Counted from the first letter of the stretch, positions 31,424 through 41,755 are shown. The stretch: 64,000 nt of DNA from Alphaproteobacteria bacterium (GCA_037131735.1 JBAXQM010000008.1:31678-95677); one strand, 5' to 3'. The notes: generated by a model from the sequence alone, not told the origin. Numbers and translations are program-made.

Positions 31424-32689
31424 CTACCCTAACAACCGACGCTTGGGCTTCGCTCGTTCCGTTTCGCGCTCAAAGATCCCGACAAGCTCGCAATGTGTCG
31501 AATGACGGAACTGATCAATGACCGTTACTTTACTGAGTTGATAGCCTCCCGCAAGAAGAAGAGCCGCATCGCGAACAAAACTTCCGAGATGGCAGGATAC
31601 AGACATTACCCGAGACACACGCGAAGAGGCCAACATCCGCATTTGCGCCTCGGCCCCCGCACGCGGCGGATCAATCACCACATGATCAAAGGCGTTGAGC
31701 TCTAAGGGAACAAGCGGACGCCGAAAAAGATCACGCGTCTCAACCGTGACCGGTTTCAAACCCGAAACATCCCGTGTTGCGCGAGAAAGTGCGTTGATTG
31801 AGGCGGGTTCATTTTCAACTGCGTGAACCGACGCGTGCTCGGCAAGACGCAAGGCGAATGTGCCGATCCCTGCAAAAAGATCAGCCACTTTGCGTGCGTC
31901 TTTCAAATGTGAAAGCACAGCACTTTGCAAAGCGCCTTCACCCGTTTCCGTCGCTTGCAAGAAACATCCGGGTGGCAAGATCACGTTGGCTTTGCCAATC
32001 ACGATCTGCGGCGCGCGGCGCTCAACAATGATATCGCCATGCAAAGAGAGGCGCGCGAGATCAAGGAGCTCTGCTTCCCGCGTGAGCTTCATCCGCAATT
32101 CTGGTGAAGCCGGACCATGCCCGCGCAAATCGACATCGAGTCCATTTGCCGTTCCGGTCACCGCTATATCAATCGGCTTATCACTTTTAAGGAGCAGTCG
32201 AGCGAGCGGCTTCAGGCGCAGCGCGCTGTCCTGCAATTGCGGAACAAGCAAAGGACATGAGTGAATTTCAATGACGTCATGCGATTTCGCGCGCATGAAA
32301 CCAATCGCGATATCGCCATCACGACGCCGCGCATGAAATGTCACCCGGCGACGCCCCGTCCCATGCGCATCAATAAAATCGCTGACACGATCAGAAAGAC
32401 CAAGCGGTGCTAAAGCCGCCGCAACAAGCCCCATTTTCCACTGCGCATAGGTTTTCTGATCCGCCTCTTGGATAGCGCATCCCCCGCATTGTCCGAAAAC
32501 AGAACAAAGCGCCTTCACACGATGGGATGACGGCGTCTCAAGTTGAAACATCTCGTCAGCGCTTGCGTCATGATCAATTCTGAACACGTCGCCGGGAATA
32601 CCACGCGGTATAAACAAGGGCCCCGCCACCGTTTCAGCGACGCCATCACCCTTTGCGCCGATCCGCTCAATCGTCACGCGTTGCGTCAT
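31424..32689 (-). CDS. Class I SAM-dependent RNA (uracil-5) methyltransferase (RumA/TrmA family)
   Basis: N-terminal TRAM-like ERIGAKGDGVA, a Cys cluster, SAM motif DLFAGIGTF, DPPRAG, and a C-terminal catalytic VSC region. Confidence 0.85.
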   Translation of the reverse strand: MTQRVTIERIGAKGDGVAETVAGPLFIPRGIPGDVFRIDHDASADEMFQLETPSSHRVKALCSVFGQCGGCAIQEADQKTYAQWKMGLVAAALAPLGLSDRVSDFIDAHGTGRRRVTFHARRRDGDIAIGFMRAKSHDVIEIHSCPLLVPQLQDSALRLKPLARLLLKSDKPIDIAVTGTANGLDVDLRGHGPASPELRMKLTREAELLDLARLSLHGDIIVERRAPQIVIGKANVILPPGCFLQATETGEGALQSAVLSHLKDARKVADLFAGIGTFALRLAEHASVHAVENEPASINALSRATRDVSGLKPVTVETRDLFRRPLVPLELNAFDHVVIDPPRAGAEAQMRMLASSRVSRVMSVSCHLGSFVRDAALLLAGGYQLSKVTVIDQFRHSTHCELVGIFERETERAKPKRRLLG

Positions 32690-33420
32690 GAAATGCGCTC
32701 CGCCGCCACGAGATATTCGATATTGCCATCACCGCCCGCAATTGGAGACGGAATGACACCCTTAATCGCCCAACCTTCATGCTCGATTGCCTCAGTCACG
32801 CGCATGACCGAGGCCTGCCGCGCGGCGTCATCCCGAACGATGCCTTTTTTCAACGCGCCGCGCCCCACTTCAAATTGCGGCTTGATCAACGCCACAAGAA
32901 AAGATGGAGACACCGCGAGGGGAAGAATTTTCGGAATGATGAGTGTGAGGGAGATAAAGCTCACATCCATTACAATCAGTGAGGGCGCTTCTTTGAAATC
33001 CTCCCGCGAAAGAGTTCTCGCGTCGCGGCCTTCACGCAATTTTACCCGCGGATCATCACGTAAGGACGAATGAAACTGATCATGCCCTACATCAATGGCG
33101 TGAATAAAACGCGCGCCGCGTTTTAATAGGAGATCTGTGAAGCCCCCCGTCGAAGCGCCGACATCTAGGCAAATGTGATCTTTCGGATCGATCGTAAAAT
33201 GATCAAGGGCTGCCGCGAGTTTCACACCACCCCGCGATACATAAGGATGTTCGGCTTCTGCTTCGATGGCGGCGGCGGCATCAATGAGACGCGAGGCTTT
33301 CGTCAAAGCTTCGCCATTCACGCGCACGAGTCCGGCGGCAATAGCGGCTTGCGCCCGCGCCCGGCTTTCATAAAAGCCGCGTTCGACAAGAAAGAGATCG
33401 GCGCGTTTCGCTTGGTTCAT
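32686..33420 (-). CDS. tlyA: TlyA-family rRNA 2'-O-methyltransferase
   Basis: N-terminal S4 domain (RADLFLVERGFYESRARAQAAI), then VSRGGVKL…LDVGASTGGFTD. It overlaps the upstream gene's stop by 4 nt. Confidence 0.92.
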   Translation of the reverse strand: MNQAKRADLFLVERGFYESRARAQAAIAAGLVRVNGEALTKASRLIDAAAAIEAEAEHPYVSRGGVKLAAALDHFTIDPKDHICLDVGASTGGFTDLLLKRGARFIHAIDVGHDQFHSSLRDDPRVKLREGRDARTLSREDFKEAPSLIVMDVSFISLTLIIPKILPLAVSPSFLVALIKPQFEVGRGALKKGIVRDDAARQASVMRVTEAIEHEGWAIKGVIPSPIAGGDGNIEYLVAAERIS

Positions 33421-33462
33421 AAGCCCGCTTTACGCGAAGCGGGTCCACCCTGTCTATGCCTG

Positions 33463-34377
33463 TTACTCAGGCAACGGAATGAATTCATGCTCGCCCGGCA
33501 CGGAGGAAAATTTGCCGCTGCGCCATTCGGCCTTGGCCTGATCGATGCGCTCTTTGCGCGACGAGACAAAATTCCACCAGATATGACGCGGGCCATCCAT
33601 CGGCTCGCCGCCGAGAAGCATGATACGGGCATGGCTCGTCGCCAAAACCGAAATCCGGTCACCCGGCTTAAAGATCAGTAAGCGACCGGGGCCAAACACA
33701 TCGCCCGCAATATCGATCTCGCCAGATACAACATAGATAGCGCGCTCATCATAAGCGGAATCGAGCGGCATCACCGCACCCGGCGCAAGCACCGCTTCGG
33801 CATAAAAAATATCCCACGGAAACTTCACGGGCGATGTCTCACCATAGAGCGAGCCCATGATGAGGCGCACGGTTTTACCTTCGCCCGTAATGCGCGGTAA
33901 TTCGGCTTGATCAATATGATCAAATGAAGGGTCGCTTTCTTCATGCGTTTTCGGCAGCGCCACCCATGTCTGAATACCGAAGAGCCGAGACGTCGCCGCG
34001 CGCGTGTCCGAACCCGTTCGTTCCGAATGAACAATACCGCGTCCCGATGTCATAACATTCACCGCGCCCGGTTTGATCTCCTGCACAACACCGAGCGAGT
34101 CACGATGCATCAGTGAGCCATCAAAAAGATAGGTCACGGTTGAAAGACCGATATGCGGATGCGGACGAATATCGATGCCTTGGCCGAGTAAAAATTCAGC
34201 GGGACCCATCTCGTCAAAAAATATAAAAGGTCCGACCATCTGCTTGCGCGCTGACGGCAAAGCGCGACGCACGGAGAATCCACCAAGGTCGCGAGCGCGC
34301 GGTACGATGACGCTTTCAATCGCATCGCAACTCCACGCATCACCCGGCGTCGGATCATCATGCATATCTGAAGACAT
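33463..34377 (-). CDS. Pirin-family protein
   Basis: Cupin metal ligands in RPHPHIGLSTVTYL…GIVHSER, with a second cupin half. Start taken at ATG 34377 (AGGA upstream). The ORF track extends to 34425. Confidence 0.88.
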   Translation of the reverse strand: MSSDMHDDPTPGDAWSCDAIESVIVPRARDLGGFSVRRALPSARKQMVGPFIFFDEMGPAEFLLGQGIDIRPHPHIGLSTVTYLFDGSLMHRDSLGVVQEIKPGAVNVMTSGRGIVHSERTGSDTRAATSRLFGIQTWVALPKTHEESDPSFDHIDQAELPRITGEGKTVRLIMGSLYGETSPVKFPWDIFYAEAVLAPGAVMPLDSAYDERAIYVVSGEIDIAGDVFGPGRLLIFKPGDRISVLATSHARIMLLGGEPMDGPRHIWWNFVSSRKERIDQAKAEWRSGKFSSVPGEHEFIPLPE

Positions 34378-34503
34378 GGGACCACATCCTTGTTTCAATG
34401 AATAAGGATGTCGCGCTTTTGCCAACGCGCTTCAAGCCTGCGCGCTGCAAGCCGCTGTTTGCGTCCATGCCGTCTTGGAGTCCAAGCTTTGTTGTTTAAG
34501 CCG

Positions 34504-34764
34504 TCAGCTGGCGTCGAGCGGTGTTGTGCCCGTGGGCTTACCCTGTGAATCGAGCGCAATTTTCTCGATTTTCGCCTCGGCCTTTTTCAACAAAGCCTCG
34601 CATTGCGCCCGCAAGGCATCGCCGCGCGCATAAAGCGAAATCGATTCCTCTAGCGGCACATCGCCTTTCTCAAGGCGGCCAACAATGTTTTCAAGCTCGG
34701 CCAGCGCCTTTTCGAAAGGAAGATCGGCAATATCCGGGGGAATAGACGGGGCCACGCGACTCAA
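34504..34764 (-). CDS. xseB: Exodeoxyribonuclease VII small subunit
   Basis: 86 aa containing [32 protein letters not shown]. Confidence 0.92.
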   Translation of the reverse strand: MSRVAPSIPPDIADLPFEKALAELENIVGRLEKGDVPLEESISLYARGDALRAQCEALLKKAEAKIEKIALDSQGKPTGTTPLDAS

Positions 34765-34821
34765 CGCTCCATTAAATTGACCTTGCGACTATCGGGCAAA
34801 GCGACCGGCAAAGGCAAGCGG

Positions 34822-35283
34822 TCAGATCGGTAAAGCGGTCGTCCGTTTCACGGTTCTAAGCGCCAAAGTCGATTGCACGCGCACAACACCGGGCAAACGC
34901 GTTACCACCGCGCGGTGGATCCGCTCGAAATCAGCCGTATCCGCATAGACGACCCTCAAAAGATAATCGGCACTCCCGGCGATCAGATAACATTCGAGAA
35001 TTTCCGGATGGGCCGCCACAGCCGCCTCAAAATGATCGAGACTGTCCCGCCCTTGCTGGTCAAGCGTCACCGAGATAAAGGCCGTGCCCGAAAGCCCCAC
35101 CGCGTCTTCATCGAGCAGCGTCACTTTGGCCCGCATAAGTCCACGCTCCTCGAGCAAGGTCACGCGTCGCAAACAGGCTGAAGGGGACAAATTCACCCGT
35201 TCGGCCAGCTCCGCATTGGTCATACCGGCATGGTCCTGCAGGATCCGGAGAATCGCACGATCGCGCGCATCAATCTCAATCAT
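34822..35283 (-). CDS. Lrp/AsnC-family transcriptional regulator (AldR-like, divergent from ald)
   Basis: Starts DARDRAILRILQDHAGMTNAELAERVNLSPSACLRRV (HTH), followed by a RAM/ACT-like domain. Confidence 0.92.
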   Translation of the reverse strand: MIEIDARDRAILRILQDHAGMTNAELAERVNLSPSACLRRVTLLEERGLMRAKVTLLDEDAVGLSGTAFISVTLDQQGRDSLDHFEAAVAAHPEILECYLIAGSADYLLRVVYADTADFERIHRAVVTRLPGVVRVQSTLALRTVKRTTALPI

Positions 35284-35331
35284 TCGAATATTTCTCCGAT
35301 CTATCGCAGTCTAGAGAAATAATATTCGAAT
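35282..35331. promoter_or_regulatory. Two copies of the palindrome ATTCGAAT within an imperfect inverted repeat in the Lrp-ald intergenic region
   Basis: ATTCGAATATTTCTC (35282-35296) faces GAGAAATAATATTCGAAT (35314-35331). The arms are reverse complements apart from a 3-nt indel. Candidate operator for the divergent Lrp-type regulator. Confidence 0.4.
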
Positions 35332-35428
35332 TTGACGATGCTGGCGAGAGGATTTTCGCATGAAGTGCCGCCCACTTCGTGAAAGTCTCTCTCCAAGGCG
35401 GCCAAAGGGCCAAAAATGGGAGGGTTTA

Positions 35429-36550
35429 ATGCTTATTGGCGTTCCAAAAGAGATCAAGAACAACGAATTCCGCGTGGGTCTGGTGCCCAATTCGGTCTCA
35501 GAGCTTATTCATGCCGGTCACAAAGTGATTGTCGAAGCCGGCGCAGGCCTCGGCGCTGGTTGTGCAGATGCGGACTATGTCGCTGCCGGTGCAACAATCG
35601 AAAAGAATGTCGAAAAGATTTTCGCCAAGGCGGACATGATCGTTAAGGTCAAGGAACCGCAGGCGGCTGAACGTGCGCGGTTGAGAAAAGGCCAGATCCT
35701 TTTCACTTATCTTCATCTTGCGCCCGATCCGGCACAAACCAAAGATCTCATCAAATCCGGTGCAACCTGCATCGCTTATGAAACGGTCACATCAGCAACG
35801 GGTGGCTTGCCGCTTTTGACGCCAATGTCAGAAGTTGCGGGTCGTCTCGCACCGCAAATGGGTGCGCATTGCCTTGAGAAGGCGCAGGGCGGTCTCGGCA
35901 TTCTGCTTGGTGGCGTACCGGGCGTTCCCGCGGCCAATGTTGTTGTGCTCGGTGGCGGTGTGTCAGGAACACATGCCGCGCAGATCGCACTCGGCATGGG
36001 CGCGAATGTCACCGTTGTTGATCGCTCGGTGGATGCGTTGAAGCGCATCGCCGTGCAATTCAACGGCGCGGTGCGCACGGTTTACTCAACGCGCCAAGCG
36101 GTTGAAGAAAGCGTAAAAACCGCCGATCTCGTCATCGGATGCGTGTTGATCCCTGGTGCGGCAGCACCGAAGCTCATCACAAAGAAAATGCTGAAGACGA
36201 TGAAGCAAGGCTCGGTAATCGTTGACGTGGCGATTGACCAAGGCGGTTGCTGCGAAACATCAAAGGCGACAACACACGCCAACCCGACTTATGTTGTCGA
36301 TGGCGTGATCCATTATTGCGTTGCCAATATGCCGGGTGCGGTTGCACGCACCTCCACATTCGCACTTAATAATGGCACATTGCCCTTCGCGCTGGCGCTT
36401 GCCAACAAAGGTTGGAAAAAAGCGCTCATCGACGATCCGCATCTGCGCAATGGTCTCAATGTCCATGAAGGTCACGTGACCTGCGAGCCTGTCGCGAAAG
36501 CTTTGAAGCTTCCTTATGTGAGCGCTGAAAGCATTCTCGGTATCAAGTAA
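35429..36550 (+). CDS. ald: Alanine dehydrogenase
   Basis: Starts MLIGVPKEIKNNEFRVGL. NAD-binding VVVLGGGVSGTHAA, and VDVAIDQGGC. Internal ATG at 35429 chosen. Confidence 0.94.
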   Translation: MLIGVPKEIKNNEFRVGLVPNSVSELIHAGHKVIVEAGAGLGAGCADADYVAAGATIEKNVEKIFAKADMIVKVKEPQAAERARLRKGQILFTYLHLAPDPAQTKDLIKSGATCIAYETVTSATGGLPLLTPMSEVAGRLAPQMGAHCLEKAQGGLGILLGGVPGVPAANVVVLGGGVSGTHAAQIALGMGANVTVVDRSVDALKRIAVQFNGAVRTVYSTRQAVEESVKTADLVIGCVLIPGAAAPKLITKKMLKTMKQGSVIVDVAIDQGGCCETSKATTHANPTYVVDGVIHYCVANMPGAVARTSTFALNNGTLPFALALANKGWKKALIDDPHLRNGLNVHEGHVTCEPVAKALKLPYVSAESILGIK

Positions 36551-36613
36551 ACTTGCGCTCATAGGCGCGCAAAGAATAAAGCGCACGTTTACGACATTAA
36601 AACATCGTCCCAA

Positions 36614-36646
36614 GCTCCCCCCTCGTAAGAGTGGGGAGTTTTTTAT
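36614..36646 (+). terminator. Rho-independent terminator after ald
   Basis: GCTCCCC, a 12-nt loop, then GGGGAG followed by TTTTTTATTT. Confidence 0.7.
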
Positions 36647-36691
36647 TTAAGTGGGATTATTTTTTGAAGCGATACACGAACCAAAAATCAT

Positions 36692-38029
36692 TTATTGTTT
36701 CGGCAATGTGTCGTGAAACCGCACAGCCTCCCCACGCGCAGGCGCAACGAGATCACCGTCCCACATCACACGATGCCCACGCACAATTGTGCCTACAGGC
36801 CATCCCGTAACGCTTACGCCATCATAAGGCGTCCAACCGCATTTCGACCGGATCCATTGATCACTTATCGTGGCCTGTCGTTTCAAATCGACAATGGTGA
36901 AATCAGCGTCATAGCCTGCAGCAATACGCCCCTTGCCCGCAATACCGAATAAACGCATCGGGCCCGCACTCGTCATATCGACAAAACGCTCGAGCGTGAG
37001 ACGTCCCGCATTCACATGATCAAGCATCATCGGCACGAGCGTTTGAACGCCGGTCATGCCGGAGGGTGAATTTGGATAGAGTTTTGATTTCTCTTCGCGT
37101 GTATGCGGCGCGTGATCAGAGCCCAGAATATCGGCCGTGCCATTGGCAACACCACGCCACAACGCCTCGCGCACCGCTTTTCCGCGCACCGGCGGATTCA
37201 TCTGCACGAGTGTTCCCAAGCGATGATAGGCTTCATCGCCATCAAGCGTGAGATGATGCGGCGTTACCTCGCAGCTCGCAACATCTTTATGATGGCGCAA
37301 ATATTCAATCTCTTCTGCCGTTGAAATATGAAGCACATGGATGCGCGCCCCGGCATCTGTTGCGATACGCACAAGACGTTCCGTGCATCGCATCGCCACT
37401 TCAGGCGAACGCCACACCGGATGCGATGAGGGATCACCGTCAACACGAAGATTTTTCCGCTCACGCAACATCATTTCATCTTCGGAATGAAAAGCGGCAC
37501 GACGTCGTGTGTTTTTTAAGATCGCTGCTACGCCTTCATCATCCTCAACAAGAAGCGATCCCGTTGATGAGCCCATGAAAACTTTAATACCCGCGGCACC
37601 GGGCAAGGCTTCAAGCTCTGTGACATGACGCGCGTTCTGATGCGTGCCGCCGACCCAAAAGGCAAAATCGCAATGCATGCGGTGAGTGCCGCGTTTCACT
37701 TTGTCAGCAAGCGCAGCCTCATCCGTTGTTTGCGGATCCGTGTTGGGCATTTCGAAGACCGCTGTCACGCCGCCCATCACCGCGGCGAGCGAGCCCGATT
37801 CGAGATCTTCCTTATGCGTGAGACCCGGCTCGCGGAAATGCACCTGCGTATCGATCACGCCGGGCAAAATATGAAGGCCCGCGCAATCGATCGTTTCACC
37901 GGCGCTTGCCGGATCAAATTGACCGAGCGCCACGACACGGCCTTGTTTGACGCCGATATCGGCCGAAATCCGGCCATCTTGATTGACGACCGTGCCGCCC
38001 TTGAACAGTGTATCGAATGTTTCGGCCAT
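36692..38029 (-). CDS. Cyclic amidohydrolase (dihydroorotase / allantoinase type)
   Basis: 445 aa. Metal-binding HxH in GVIDTQVHFREPG, AVFEMPNT, and a C-terminal DADF…D motif. Confidence 0.8.
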   Translation of the reverse strand: MAETFDTLFKGGTVVNQDGRISADIGVKQGRVVALGQFDPASAGETIDCAGLHILPGVIDTQVHFREPGLTHKEDLESGSLAAVMGGVTAVFEMPNTDPQTTDEAALADKVKRGTHRMHCDFAFWVGGTHQNARHVTELEALPGAAGIKVFMGSSTGSLLVEDDEGVAAILKNTRRRAAFHSEDEMMLRERKNLRVDGDPSSHPVWRSPEVAMRCTERLVRIATDAGARIHVLHISTAEEIEYLRHHKDVASCEVTPHHLTLDGDEAYHRLGTLVQMNPPVRGKAVREALWRGVANGTADILGSDHAPHTREEKSKLYPNSPSGMTGVQTLVPMMLDHVNAGRLTLERFVDMTSAGPMRLFGIAGKGRIAAGYDADFTIVDLKRQATISDQWIRSKCGWTPYDGVSVTGWPVGTIVRGHRVMWDGDLVAPARGEAVRFHDTLPKQ

Positions 38030-38118
38030 GGTGTCGCACTCCGAACCGGCAGGAACTACTTGAGATGAAGATCGTCCCGTCCTACCTAACGGAGGCGGAC
38101 GGTTCCGGAAAGTGGGGA

Positions 38119-38988
38119 ATGATGGGCTTTTGTGTATTACCCGATCGCGCTGTGCTTGGCATCAGAGGCGGCGATGCGGGGGCCTTTCTCGACAACCTCG
38201 TCACCGTCAATGTGAGCGCACTGTCGCTTCATGGCGCACGATTCGGAGCGCTTTTAACCCCTCAAGGGAAAATCATTGTCGATTTTTTTATCATCCGCAT
38301 CGAAGACGGATTTTTAATCGACTGCCCGCATGCGCTTGCCACTGATTTACTCAAAAAACTAACCCTCTATCGTTTGCGGGCGCAAATCGCACTTACAGAC
38401 GAGACTGATCAATGGACTGTTATCGCGGGATGGAATGACACGACGCCACCTGCAGGTATCATTTTCACCGACCCACGTTTAGCGGCGCTCGGGTGGCGCG
38501 CGCTTATTGCTCTTGACGAAAACATTCAGGCGTCGGCTCCACTCGCGGATTACGACGCGCATCGGATCGGCTGCGGTGTGCCAATGGGCGGACGCGATTT
38601 TATCTATGGCGATACATTCCCTCATGAAAGTTTGATGGATTGTTTGAACGGGATCGATTTTAAAAAAGGCTGCTATGTCGGCCAAGAAGTCGTCTCGCGC
38701 ATGGAACATCGCTCCACCGCCCGCACGCGTTGTGTCCCTGTAACATTTGTCGATGGCATCTCACCGCCGGAAGGTTGCGAGGCTTTTGCGGGTGAGCGAG
38801 TGATCGGCATGATCGGTTCGGTGGCTTCAGGAGGTCATGCTCTCGCGCGCTTGCGGCTTGACCGCGTTGCCGATGCTCAAAAAGACGGGGAAGCCCTTAA
38901 TGCAGGCGGGCTTGCGTTTCATGTTGAGGCGCGTGACTTCATGACATTCACAATCAACGACCCGAACGAGACTATGACACATGGCTGA
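38119..38988 (+). CDS. ygfZ: Folate-binding Fe-S cluster repair / tRNA-modification protein YgfZ
   Basis: Contains DRAVLGIRGGDAGAFLDNLVT… and the family signature KGCYVGQEVVSRMEHR. Start is uncertain (ATG 38065 or 38119). The ORF track starts at 38008, overlapping the divergent gene. Confidence 0.85.
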   Translation: MMGFCVLPDRAVLGIRGGDAGAFLDNLVTVNVSALSLHGARFGALLTPQGKIIVDFFIIRIEDGFLIDCPHALATDLLKKLTLYRLRAQIALTDETDQWTVIAGWNDTTPPAGIIFTDPRLAALGWRALIALDENIQASAPLADYDAHRIGCGVPMGGRDFIYGDTFPHESLMDCLNGIDFKKGCYVGQEVVSRMEHRSTARTRCVPVTFVDGISPPEGCEAFAGERVIGMIGSVASGGHALARLRLDRVADAQKDGEALNAGGLAFHVEARDFMTFTINDPNETMTHG

Positions 38989-39598
38989 GAGAGAAACCCG
39001 AGTCCTGACGCATGACGATGGTAAAAAGCGTTGTCCTTGGCCAGGACTTGACCCGCTCTATGTTGCCTATCACGACGAAGAATGGGGCGTTCCAGAATAT
39101 GATGACCGCGCTTTATTTGAAAAACTGATCCTCGACGGATTTCAGGCCGGACTGAGCTGGATCACCATTTTGCGCAAGCGCGAAAATTTCCGCAAAGCCT
39201 TTGATAATTTCGATCCGGAAAAAATTGCACGCTATACGCCCAAGAAAGTCGAAACCCTTCTGAAGAATGAAGGCATCATTCGTCATCGCGGTAAAATTGA
39301 AGGCACGATAGCGAGCGCCAAGCTTTATCTTGAAATACAAGAGCGCGGCAGCTTTTCCGATTATATCTGGGGCTTCACCGATGGTCGCGTTGTATCGAAA
39401 AAGCCCAAGCGCATGACAGATATCCCGACCGAATCGATCCAATCGCAAAAATTATCGAAAGACTTGAAAAAGCGCGGGTTCAAATTTTGTGGACCGACAA
39501 TTGTTTATGCCTTCATGCAGGCAACCGGCATTGTGAATGATCATCTTGTCGAGTGCTTCCGCCATGAAGAAGTCAAAAATCTGGAGCGGACGCGGTAA
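38981..39598 (+). CDS. tag: DNA-3-methyladenine glycosylase I
   Basis: Contains RCPWPGLDPLYVAYHDEEWGVPEYDDRALFEKLILDGFQAGLSWITIL. It overlaps the ygfZ stop by 8 nt. Confidence 0.94.
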   Translation: MAERETRVLTHDDGKKRCPWPGLDPLYVAYHDEEWGVPEYDDRALFEKLILDGFQAGLSWITILRKRENFRKAFDNFDPEKIARYTPKKVETLLKNEGIIRHRGKIEGTIASAKLYLEIQERGSFSDYIWGFTDGRVVSKKPKRMTDIPTESIQSQKLSKDLKKRGFKFCGPTIVYAFMQATGIVNDHLVECFRHEEVKNLERTR

Positions 39599-40197
39599 TG
39601 AGCGTGAGTGCGTCACCTCCGCGCGCTTGGCAATTGATGCTGTCCGGACGCCGGCTTGATCTACTCAATCCACAATCCGAGGACATTGAGGCGGATGATA
39701 TTGCACTGGGTCTTTCGCGTGTAGCGCGGTGGAATGGACAGACCAAAGGTGCATACTCATTTTCAGTGGCGCAGCATTCACTCCTCGTTGAATCGATTTT
39801 TAGTTCCCTCAATCCTCAGGCGCATCAAAAAGACAAGCTCGCGGCATTGTTGCATGACGCGCCCGAATATGTTGTGGGCGATATGATTTCACCATTTAAA
39901 GCCGTAATCGGCGCCGATTATAAAGCCGTCGAAAAACGCTTGCTCGGCGCGATTCATAAACGGTTTAACATTCCTGCCGAAACGCCCTCGGCGTTGATAT
40001 CTGAAATTAAAAATGCCGATGGCATCGCAGCCTATCATGAAGCTGTCACTTTGGCGGGTTTTGATGAGCAAGATGCGCTTAAAATTTTTAACGTGCCACC
40101 ACGGGGCCTTTCAATTCAGAAAGAGTTTTTGGACCCGATGCCTGCCGAGAAAGCCAAGGCCGTGTTTCTTGATCGCTTATCACGTCTGCTCGGATAA
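39598..40197 (+). CDS. HD-domain phosphohydrolase
   Basis: Contains SVAQHSLLV…LLHDAPEYVVGD (H…HD…D metal ligands). The start shares one nucleotide with the tag stop (TAATG). Confidence 0.8.
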   Translation: MSVSASPPRAWQLMLSGRRLDLLNPQSEDIEADDIALGLSRVARWNGQTKGAYSFSVAQHSLLVESIFSSLNPQAHQKDKLAALLHDAPEYVVGDMISPFKAVIGADYKAVEKRLLGAIHKRFNIPAETPSALISEIKNADGIAAYHEAVTLAGFDEQDALKIFNVPPRGLSIQKEFLDPMPAEKAKAVFLDRLSRLLG

Positions 40198-40226
40198 GAG
40201 TTTAAAAGTCTAAAGGTTGTATCTTA

Positions 40227-40739
40227 ATGCCAAAACTTCATGTGTGCTCACTTTCGCGGCTCGAGGAAACAGTCCAAAAGACGGGCGCGCGCCATGTCGT
40301 TACTCTGCTGAGCGATTCCTCTGGTGTCATACGCCCTGAAGGTATTAGCGAAGAGCAGCATTTGCGCTTAATCGCGAGCGATATCACCGAACCGCTTGAC
40401 GGCCATATTCTTCCCGGCACGGCGCATGTTGAAAAACTAATCGGTTTTGTCAAAGCATGGGATCGACAAGCACCGCTTGTCATTCATTGTTGGGCTGGTA
40501 TCAGCCGCTCAACCGCTGCCGCCTATATTGCAGCAAGCATTCTCAATCCCTCACTGGATGAAGAGGATCTTGCGACGCGTTTAAGGGCCGCCGCGCCAAG
40601 TGCCACGCCTAATCCGCGCTTGATTGCGCTCGCTGACTCCTTACTCAATCGCGACGGACGCATGAAAAAGGCGATTGCCGCTATTGGTCGCGGTGCCGAT
40701 GCATTTGAAGGCACGCCTTTTGAACTCGTCTATAATTGA
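40227..40739 (+). CDS. Cysteine (tyrosine/dual-specificity-like) phosphatase-family protein
   Basis: P-loop HCWAGISRST (the C-x5-R-S/T signature). 170 aa. Confidence 0.75.
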   Translation: MPKLHVCSLSRLEETVQKTGARHVVTLLSDSSGVIRPEGISEEQHLRLIASDITEPLDGHILPGTAHVEKLIGFVKAWDRQAPLVIHCWAGISRSTAAAYIAASILNPSLDEEDLATRLRAAAPSATPNPRLIALADSLLNRDGRMKKAIAAIGRGADAFEGTPFELVYN

Positions 40740-40742
40740 TCA

Positions 40743-41726
40743 ATGATGACAAACCGTCACCCGGAAACACCGATTGAGATTGGTCTTGCGGCGGCCGTGG
40801 TTGCGGTGGCGCGTGGTCAACCGCAAATTCTTGTGGCGCAGTCTGATCGCGATGGTGATGGCTTGCCTTATGGCCGTTTCGATCCGCTCGCGCACCGCAC
40901 ACTTGAAATTGCGCTGCGTGATTTCGTGACGGCACAAGCGGGCCTCTCGCTCGGCTATGTCGAACAGCTTTATACATTTGCTGATCGCGGCCGTCACACA
41001 CGTCCTGATGATCGTGCACCGCATGTCGTATCCATCGGTTATCTTGCACTGACGCGTATCGCTTCGCATGGCGATGACGGCGCTGATCCGGCAGCCTTCA
41101 AGCCTTGGTATTCTTATTTTCCGTGGGAAGATTGGCGCGAGGGACGTCCCGCTATTCTTGATCGTGAAATCGTGCCTCGTCTTTCAGCATGGGCTTCCGA
41201 TCAAGAAGCGGAGCGCGCTGACCCGCATCACCGCGCGCTCTCGCGCTTTGAACGATTTAGACTCGCTTTCGGCATTGATCCTTCACCTTGGGATGAAGAA
41301 AAAGTTCTTGATCGTTATGAATTGCTTTATGAGGCGGGTCTTGTCTTTGAGGCGATCCGCGATGGGCGCCCCGGCGATCTTGATGAAAAAACAGCGCGCC
41401 GATTTGGTTTGCCGATGCGCCATGATCATCGTCGCATATTAGCCACGGCGATGGGGCGCTTACGCGCCAAACTCAAATATCGCCCGGTTGTGTTTGAATT
41501 GATGGCTCCGGATTTTACACTGACATCGTTACAGCAAACGCTTGAATCAATTTCGGGCCGTCACGTGCATAAACAAAATTTCAGACGGCTTGTGGAAACA
41601 ACCGCATTGGTTGAACCGACCGGCCAACAAACGACAACGCGCGGAAGACCGGCAGCATTATTTCGGTTCCGTCGTAACGTACTTCAAGAGCGGCCTTCAC
41701 CCGGTTTACGCGTGGGTGTGAAGTAA
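40743..41726 (+). CDS. nadQ: NadQ-like (COG4111) Nudix-related transcriptional regulator of NAD synthesis
   Basis: 327 aa. The N-terminal half is Nudix-fold-like but lacks a canonical GX5EX7REUXEEXGU box. The C-terminus, FTLTSLQQTLESISGRHVHKQNFRRLV, is the NrtR/NadQ-type winged helix. Matching palindromes lie upstream of nadA. Confidence 0.7.
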   Translation: MMTNRHPETPIEIGLAAAVVAVARGQPQILVAQSDRDGDGLPYGRFDPLAHRTLEIALRDFVTAQAGLSLGYVEQLYTFADRGRHTRPDDRAPHVVSIGYLALTRIASHGDDGADPAAFKPWYSYFPWEDWREGRPAILDREIVPRLSAWASDQEAERADPHHRALSRFERFRLAFGIDPSPWDEEKVLDRYELLYEAGLVFEAIRDGRPGDLDEKTARRFGLPMRHDHRRILATAMGRLRAKLKYRPVVFELMAPDFTLTSLQQTLESISGRHVHKQNFRRLVETTALVEPTGQQTTTRGRPAALFRFRRNVLQERPSPGLRVGVK

Positions 41727-41755
41727 AAAGCCGCGTTGCGTCTAAAAAGCTGAAC

